Below, one piece after another: positions 7,243-12,332 of a stretch of DNA of 15,043 bases. Each line of letters begins with the position of its first letter. Within the stretch, counting starts at the first letter, position 1. Under the pieces are notes generated by a model that had not been told where the DNA came from, ran no database searches, and worked only from the letters and a program-made list of their open reading frames with translations. The DNA is from Candidatus Nanobsidianus stetteri (GTDB lineage: Archaea > Nanobdellota > Nanobdellia > Nanobdellales > Nanobdellaceae): assembly GCF_003086415.1 (NCBI RefSeq), contig NZ_QEFP02000013.1:1-15043 (forward strand), read 5' to 3'. Position numbers and translations under genes: made by a program.

Positions 7243-8349
7243 TTATAGATAATATATTATATCATTTTTAAACATGCTCTCAAGCATATACTTCTCCTCA
7301 TTTTTGTGTTTTATTTTTTCTGCTTCATTTTCTAATATAGAAAATACATCTTTTATTGTTGAATATAGATCATATCCATGATCATCAATTGAAAATTTAC
7401 CATTATTATATATTAATTTTGCTCTAATTTGGTAATATATTTTTTTATTTGCTTTATCTTCATTTACCTTTTTAATATGTATTAATAATCTTATATTTTC
7501 TCCTAAAACATTTCTATATTTTTTATAAAATCTCTCATACATTTTCTTTATATAACTTATATCAATTTCATCTAAAGGTATTCCATGAACAACTAAATTA
7601 TACTCTTTTTCCTTTTTATATTGTAAATAATTTATTAATATATCTTTAGCAGTTATTATTCCAACCAAATTTCCATTATCCAATATTGGTAATGAAAATA
7701 CCTTATTTTCTATCATTAAATTAATTATTTTCTCTATATCATCATCTTTATTTGCAAATATTAATTTATTGCTCATTATAGATTTTATTTTTATATCAAA
7801 ATCTTTCTCATTTGGTGTTCTTATATTATTACTATTATCAATTAACATATATTTTAGAATATCTGTTAATGAAATTATTCCAGATACTTTATTATTTTTA
7901 TCTAATACTATTAATCTTGATATACCCTTATCTTTCATTATACCAATTGCTTTTTTAATATTTTCATCTTCATATATTGTATAAGCTTCATTTATTATTT
8001 CATTTAGATTCATTTTTCTCAATATTTCTTTATCATTCAGTATTTCCTTTAATACATCATATATATTAACCACCTTTATTTGTCCATCTTCTCTTACAAA
8101 AGTTACTCTAGAATTAGAATTAATTAATTTCTCTACAATATCTATTATATTATCAGTTTTTAATGGTTTTATTTTATTTACTATTTTTTCAATTTTTGTA
8201 TCTGGCCTATATAAATATCTAATTGCTTTAGAATTTTCTAAAACTCCAATAGGTTTTCCATTATTATCTGTTACAATTATATCTTCTCCCTTTTTTATAT
8301 ATTCAACAATATCTCCAATTTTTTTATCTTTAGATATAAATACTGCCAT
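7243..8349 (-). CDS. Four CBS domains (two Bateman modules) fused to a C-terminal HPF/RaiA-like (ribosomal S30AE-fold) domain (368 aa)
   Basis: Four CBS repeats, for example 'GISRLIVLDKNNKVSGIISLTDILKYM' and 'VFSLPILDNGNLVGIITAKDILINYL'. The C-terminal ~115 aa, 'YNLVVHGIPLDEIDISYIKKMYERFYKKYRNVL..IRLLIHIKKV..YYQIRAKLIY.NGKFSIDDHGYDLYSTIKDVFSILENEAEKIKHK', parallels the HPF/YfiA beta-alpha-beta-beta-beta-alpha layout and its 'D-x-Y-A-A-I-D...KHK' end. The CBS call is firm. The HPF call is pattern-based only. Confidence 0.75.
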   Translation of the reverse strand: MAVFISKDKKIGDIVEYIKKGEDIIVTDNNGKPIGVLENSKAIRYLYRPDTKIEKIVNKIKPLKTDNIIDIVEKLINSNSRVTFVREDGQIKVVNIYDVLKEILNDKEILRKMNLNEIINEAYTIYEDENIKKAIGIMKDKGISRLIVLDKNNKVSGIISLTDILKYMLIDNSNNIRTPNEKDFDIKIKSIMSNKLIFANKDDDIEKIINLMIENKVFSLPILDNGNLVGIITAKDILINYLQYKKEKEYNLVVHGIPLDEIDISYIKKMYERFYKKYRNVLGENIRLLIHIKKVNEDKANKKIYYQIRAKLIYNNGKFSIDDHGYDLYSTIKDVFSILENEAEKIKHKNEEKYMLESMFKNDIIYYL

Positions 8350-8386
8350 TAATCTATATAATAAAAAATTTTTAAATGATTATTTT

Positions 8387-9034
8387 CTATCTTTTTGTAT
8401 GTTCTGGTAATTCATATAGAGCTTCTGCAGGTGCTAGGATAAAGTATTTCTTCTTACGTTTCTTCTTTGGATGTTCTTCTTTGTGATATACCCAATATAT
8501 AGCTGCAATTATAAATCCTATTATTATAATGAATGGTAGTAAACCAGTATATATCAATGCAAGGAATATTTCTATTATTATATTTTGAGCAGTTGCTCCA
8601 AATCCGTTAAAATCTGTTGAAGATGCATATAAAAATGCAAATAGAACTGTAAGAGTTATAAATCCAACAATAACATTATGCGAATATTGTTTATATCTTT
8701 GAAATTCCTCATCTTCCTCCTCTTTGTATGGTTCTGATATACCTGCCATTAATGCAATTATCATTAAAATAAAAAATATAACGAGTACTTCAAAGAAAAA
8801 GAATGATATAAAGTTTGATGTAAATATAACATCTGATATATTATATAAATAATAGAATGTTATGACGATAGAAATTATTGCATAAAATTTTTCTTTATTT
8901 GGATTATCCTTTCCAAACAAACCAGTTTTTCTAAGAGATCCATATAATAGTGAAAATACTAATAAAAATGGTGCTACAAATGTAAATACACCATATTCTG
9001 AAAATAAAGTATAAATAAAGGATGATAGATCCAT
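8387..9034 (-). CDS. Multi-pass membrane protein, paralog C of a tandem family (215 aa, poly-Lys tail)
   Basis: N-terminal motif 'FSEYGVFTFVAPFLLVFSLLYGSLRKTGLFG' is shared with the two upstream genes. Several hydrophobic helices, an acidic loop 'YKEEEDEEF', and the tail 'HKEEHPKKKRKKK'. A 1-nt gap separates it from the preceding ORF. Confidence 0.65.
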   Translation of the reverse strand: MDLSSFIYTLFSEYGVFTFVAPFLLVFSLLYGSLRKTGLFGKDNPNKEKFYAIISIVITFYYLYNISDVIFTSNFISFFFFEVLVIFFILMIIALMAGISEPYKEEEDEEFQRYKQYSHNVIVGFITLTVLFAFLYASSTDFNGFGATAQNIIIEIFLALIYTGLLPFIIIIGFIIAAIYWVYHKEEHPKKKRKKKYFILAPAEALYELPEHTKR

Positions 9035-9035
9035 T

Positions 9036-9305
9036 TTATCTAGACCTTAATATTATTGGGCCTCCAGTTCCTTCCTCTTCTTCCTCTTCCTTTTCTCCAC
9101 CACCTACTATCCACATTAATACCATAAATATAAGCACAAACATAATTAATAATGCTAAAATACCCGATTGCATAAGGTAATTAAGTGTAAATAATAATAA
9201 AGATACTATTGGTGATGAAGTAGATCCTGCTATGCTTAAAGAATTTATTGCTAACCATAATATTATTCCTACAATAAGAAATGCAAAAAAAACGCTCTTA
9301 ACCAT
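9036..9305 (-). CDS. C-terminal half of membrane paralog B, as a separate 89-aa frame (poly-Glu tail)
   Basis: ORF 'MVKSVFFAFLIVG...SIAGSTSSPIVS...MWIVGGGEKEEEEEEGTGG' overlaps the upstream ORF by 37 nt. The Ser-rich loop plus final TM plus charged tail mirrors the C-terminal half of paralog A ('YVASAASASSSVLSS...IAYWAIKPSKG'). It is probably joined to 9269-9640 by a -1 shift in the T8 run at 9285-9292. Confidence 0.55.
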   Translation of the reverse strand: MVKSVFFAFLIVGIILWLAINSLSIAGSTSSPIVSLLLFTLNYLMQSGILALLIMFVLIFMVLMWIVGGGEKEEEEEEGTGGPIILRSR

Positions 9306-9640
9306 GAAGGTATCTTTTTATTTGTAATTGCTAATACAATTACTATTAAAGTAAATCCAATTATAGCTATAGTAGCGCTGGGAATAAAAGATAATAACCA
9401 TCTTACTAAATTTTGATTATATATTGATAAAAGGGCAAATCCGAAAGAAAATAATGCATTTAATTTTCTACCTACATCATCATCAGGACTTACTTTTAAT
9501 AAGTTAGATAATTCTAATATCATGAATACCAAAGAAAATATTAATAAAAATGGTAAAACAAAATCTATAAATCCATATTGTGATAACAATTGATTAAAAT
9601 TTGCTGGATTAAAATTTATTTGTGGTATTTGATTTATCAT
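9269..9640 (-). CDS. N-terminal half of membrane paralog B (123 aa as written)
   Basis: Start chosen at the ATG at 9640, which forms an ATGA start/stop overlap with the upstream gene. The longer track ORF to 9691 would overlap paralog A by 55 nt. Carries the family motif 'LSQYGFIDFVLPFLLIFSLVFMIL'. It is about half the length of its two paralogs. Confidence 0.6.
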   Translation of the reverse strand: MINQIPQINFNPANFNQLLSQYGFIDFVLPFLLIFSLVFMILELSNLLKVSPDDDVGRKLNALFSFGFALLSIYNQNLVRWLLSFIPSATIAIIGFTLIVIVLAITNKKIPSWLRAFFLHFLL

Positions 9641-10218
9641 CTTGATTGTGAAGGTCCAGATCCTTGGCCTTTTGAAGGTTTTATAGCCCAATATGCTATT
9701 CCAAACATTATTGCTAGAATTATTATTGTTTCTATAAATGGTTCTAATGAAGAAAGTACTGAAGATGATGCTGATGCTGCTGAAGCAACATAATTAAATA
9801 AACCGAGTGTAAATATTACTATCAATGTAAATATAATTATTGCAAATGTTAATAATATCATTCTTGTTCTATTACCTATTTGTATTTCTCCACTCTTTTC
9901 TTCTCTCTGTAAAAATGGAGAAATTGCCAATATAAGGAAAAATACTGTTAATAAAAATAATACTATATATGGAATTAATGTTCTTAATGATAATACAACA
10001 TTTGCAGATCCAACTATGAAAAATCCTGTAGATGCAGATACAATTGATAATAAACTTCTTGTAACTCTCCCTTTATCACCTTCAGCAAAAGGATCACCCA
10101 ATATTTTATACTTACTTAATATACCATACATCACAGCATAAACTAATAGAAATGGTAATATAACATTGAAGAATCCCAGGTTATTCAATAATGTTATAAA
10201 TGTATCATAAAAGGCCAT
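9637..10218 (-). CDS. Multi-pass membrane protein, paralog A of the tandem family (193 aa, Gly/Ser/Gln tail)
   Basis: 'LNNLGFFNVILPFLLVYAVMYGILSKYKILG' motif, multiple TM helices, Ser/Ala-rich loop, tail 'KPSKGQGSGPSQSR'. No Cys or His residues. Confidence 0.65.
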   Translation of the reverse strand: MAFYDTFITLLNNLGFFNVILPFLLVYAVMYGILSKYKILGDPFAEGDKGRVTRSLLSIVSASTGFFIVGSANVVLSLRTLIPYIVLFLLTVFFLILAISPFLQREEKSGEIQIGNRTRMILLTFAIIIFTLIVIFTLGLFNYVASAASASSSVLSSLEPFIETIIILAIMFGIAYWAIKPSKGQGSGPSQSR

Positions 10219-10244
10219 ATTTAAAAATAATATTTCATAATTTA

Positions 10245-10457
10245 TTAATCTTTATCTAATATTTCCTGATAATATATAGCATTTGTGGGGCATGCATTTG
10301 CAGCAGTTTTTATATCCTCTATATCTTCTTCAGAGGAAATTATATTATTTTTTATTACTATTCTATTATTTTCAATTGAAAAAATATTCTTATTTATTAA
10401 ATAGCATGCAAGACAATTTATACATTTACTATAATCAATATCTACTATATATTTCAT
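10245..10457 (-). CDS. Small mono-cluster [4Fe-4S]/[3Fe-4S]-type ferredoxin (70 aa)
   Basis: 'CINCLAC' near the N-terminus and 'ACPTNAI' near the C-terminus give the CxxCxxC...CP pattern. The start overlaps the upstream ferredoxin stop by 1 nt (TAATG). Confidence 0.75.
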   Translation of the reverse strand: MKYIVDIDYSKCINCLACYLINKNIFSIENNRIVIKNNIISSEEDIEDIKTAANACPTNAIYYQEILDKD

Positions 10458-10666
10458 TAATCATTAATCTCTTCTACTTTAACTGAATGTGTTGGGCATG
10501 CAACTTCAGCATCTTTAGCTTTTTCTATTAGATTTGGATCTTCAATAATTTCAATTTTTGCTTTTGATTTTCCATCAGAATCAAATTCATATATTTCTGG
10601 TGCAATTGCAATACAAGTTCCGCAACCAATGCATGTATCTTTATTAATCCATGTTTTTATTTTCAT
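10457..10666 (-). CDS. Small mono-cluster [4Fe-4S]-type ferredoxin (69 aa)
   Basis: 'CIGCGTCIAIAPEIYEFD' plus 'ACPTHSV' gives CxxCxxC...CP, as in the short ferredoxins of thermophilic archaea and Thermotoga. It is the first gene after a TATA box. Confidence 0.8.
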   Translation of the reverse strand: MKIKTWINKDTCIGCGTCIAIAPEIYEFDSDGKSKAKIEIIEDPNLIEKAKDAEVACPTHSVKVEEIND

Positions 10667-10688
10667 CTAAAATATATCGCCGTTATAT

Positions 10689-10696
10689 TTTATAAA
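10689..10696. promoter_or_regulatory. Single palindromic TATA box (TTTATAAA) centred in a 52-bp divergent intergenic region
   Basis: The octamer centre (10692.5) equals the spacer centre. It lies 26.5 nt from the ferredoxin ATG (10666, minus strand) and 26.5 nt from the nuclease GTG (10719, plus strand). Confidence 0.5.
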
Positions 10697-10718
10697 TATT
10701 TAAAACATTAAATAGAGC

Positions 10719-11549
10719 GTGGAAATAAATGATATTTTTGTTAGAGTAACAGATATAACAGATTATATTTTCTGTCCTAGAAAAGTTTATCTGAAAAGAG
10801 TTTTAGGATATTCTGAAGAAGATACTGAACAAAAAATATTTGGATCAATTGTTCATTCTTTATTTGATAAAATAAATGAGAAGGAACAAGAAATAATATT
10901 TAATATAAAAGAGTTTGTAGAATATGAAAAAATATTAAATTTATATGAAAATTTTTTAACAGAATTATTAGAAGAATCTATAAAGGAATTTGAAGAACAA
11001 ATAAAAAATTTGAATTTAGATAAAAACGATATAAAAATAAGGGCATATAGTTATGTAATAAAGGATATAGAAGATAGAGCAAAAAATGTATATAATTTTA
11101 TGAAAGAAAATGATTTATATGGGATAGAATTATGGGAATTCTTAGAACCAAAAATAAAGACAGAACTTGATGTTACATCTTTAAAATATAATATAGTTGG
11201 AAGGATAGATAGATTGGAAATATATAAAAAAGCATATAATACCTTATGAAATAAAATCTGGATTTTTTAGGAGAGAACATATTACACAATTATATTCATA
11301 TTATTTATTATTAAAGGATGAATTTCCAAATTATGATATAAGGAAAGGTATATTATTATATGCAAGAGATAATCGAAAAATGGAAATAGAATTTAGAAAT
11401 AATAATGAAATAAAGAAAATACTTGATATAAAAGATAAAATAATTGATATGATTGATAAAAAAGAAGATCCTGGAAAGAAATTTTCTGAAAAATGCAAAA
11501 AAAATGCGCATTTTATAATATTTGTTGGAAAAATGGAAATAAAAATTGA
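10719..11549 (+). pseudogene. Cas4/RecB-like PD-(D/E)xK nuclease with a Cys4 cluster (DUF83-type), interrupted by two frameshifts; the intact first ORF is 10719-11249
   Basis: - Frame 0: GTG start, 'ITDYIFCPRKVYLKRVLG', 'GSIVHSLF', 'GRIDRLEIYKK', then a stop at 11247.
- Frame +1 from about 11233: 'HIIPYEIKSGFF..HITQLYSYYLLL..GILLYA', giving the ExK and QxxxY motifs.
- Back in frame 0 from 11505: 'CAFYNICWKNGNKN*'. With the C at 11494 this gives the Cas4 C-x2/3-C-x5-C motif.
- The breaks coincide with A6 (11226-11231) and A8 (11497-11504). Confidence 0.7.
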
Positions 11550-12297
11550 TACTAGAAAAAGTATATATGAAAATATAAATGAAATATATGAGAAAATAAA
11601 AGAATTAAAAAATAAAAAGCAAAAGATAGAGAATTTGATAAAAGAATTGGAAGAAAAATTGAATAATATTGAGGAAAAAATAATTATTGAAAAAAAGAAA
11701 GAAGAGATTAAGAGAAATAAAAAATGGTATGAGAAATTTAGATGGATGTTTACAACAAATAATTTTCTATTAATTGCCGGAAAAGATTCTATTACAAATG
11801 AAATTATTATAAATAAATATTTAGAAAAAAATGATTTAGTATTCCATGCGGATATTATAGGATCCCCCTTTGGTATATTAAAAAATGGAAAAAATGCAAG
11901 TGAAATAGATATATATGAAGCTGCAAAATTTGTTGGATCATATTCTAGGGCATGGAAAAATAAATTATCCTCTATAGATGTATATTATGTATATCCAGAT
12001 CAGGTATCAAAAAAGACACCTTCTGGAATGTATTTAAAAAAAGGATCCTTTATGATATATGGAGAGAAAAATTATATAAAAGTGAATTTAGAAATTGCAT
12101 TGGCTTTTGAAGATTATAATATTATTCCAGGAGTACCTGAAAGTATAAAAGATAAATATAAAAGATATGTTATATTAATTCCAGGAAATAAAAAACCAAT
12201 AGATATTGCAAAACAGTTGGAAAATATTTTTAAAGTTGATTACAATATTATATTAGAATACCTTCCTGGTGATAGTGATATACTATACCTCAAGTAA
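11533..12297 (+). CDS. NFACT-R (DUF814) domain protein with an N-terminal coiled coil; an Rqc2/NEMF/FbpA-family C-terminal module only (254 aa)
   Basis: 'KKWYEKFRWMFTTNNFLLIAGKDSITNEIIINKYLEKNDLVFHADIIGSPFGILKNG' and 'YSRAWKNKLSSIDVYYVYPDQVSKKTPSGMYLKKGSFMIYGE' match the NFACT-R/DUF814 pattern. They are preceded by 'IYEKIKELKNKKQKIENLIKELEEKLNNIEEK'. Start chosen at ATG 11533, because codons 11380-11532 of the track ORF encode the middle of the Cas4-like protein. Confidence 0.75.
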   Translation: MEIKIDTRKSIYENINEIYEKIKELKNKKQKIENLIKELEEKLNNIEEKIIIEKKKEEIKRNKKWYEKFRWMFTTNNFLLIAGKDSITNEIIINKYLEKNDLVFHADIIGSPFGILKNGKNASEIDIYEAAKFVGSYSRAWKNKLSSIDVYYVYPDQVSKKTPSGMYLKKGSFMIYGEKNYIKVNLEIALAFEDYNIIPGVPESIKDKYKRYVILIPGNKKPIDIAKQLENIFKVDYNIILEYLPGDSDILYLK

Positions 12298-12302
12298 TAA
12301 CA

Positions 12303-12310
12303 TTTATAAA
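12303..12310 (+). promoter_or_regulatory. TATA box (TTTATAAA) for the surface-protein gene
   Basis: The octamer is centred 26.5 nt upstream of the ATG at 12333. Confidence 0.5.
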
Positions 12311-12332
12311 CTTTTCCATAATAAGTTAAATT

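Noticed and set aside
9641-9691. A longer version of the paralog B ORF starting at 9691 (MGYKTFKRPRIWTFTIK...)
   Set aside because: It would overlap paralog A by 55 nt. The ATG at 9640 makes a classic ATGA stop/start overlap and places the conserved 'G-F-x-x-F-V-L-PFLL' motif at the same distance from the N-terminus as in the other two paralogs.
9741-9790. A GATGATGCTGATGCTGCTGAAGC tract resembling repeated C/D-box-like UGAUG and CUGA motifs on the plus strand
   Set aside because: It lies inside paralog A, where it encodes the Ser/Ala-rich loop 'ASAASASSS' on the opposite strand. The box spacing does not fit a C/D sRNA.
11380-11532. The track start (ATG 11380) for the 305-aa ORF containing the NFACT-R domain
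   Set aside because: These 51 codons ('MEIEFRNNNEIKKILDIKDKIIDMIDKKEDPGKKFSEKCKK..') continue the Cas4-like reading frame that opens at 11209. They precede the Cas4 C-terminal Cys motif, so they belong to the disrupted nuclease gene. ATG 11533 starts the coiled coil of the NFACT-R protein.
10719-11549. A CRISPR-Cas locus implied by the Cas4-like gene
   Set aside because: No direct-repeat/spacer array and no other cas gene is present anywhere in the 15 kb. Solo Cas4/RecB-like nucleases are common outside CRISPR loci.
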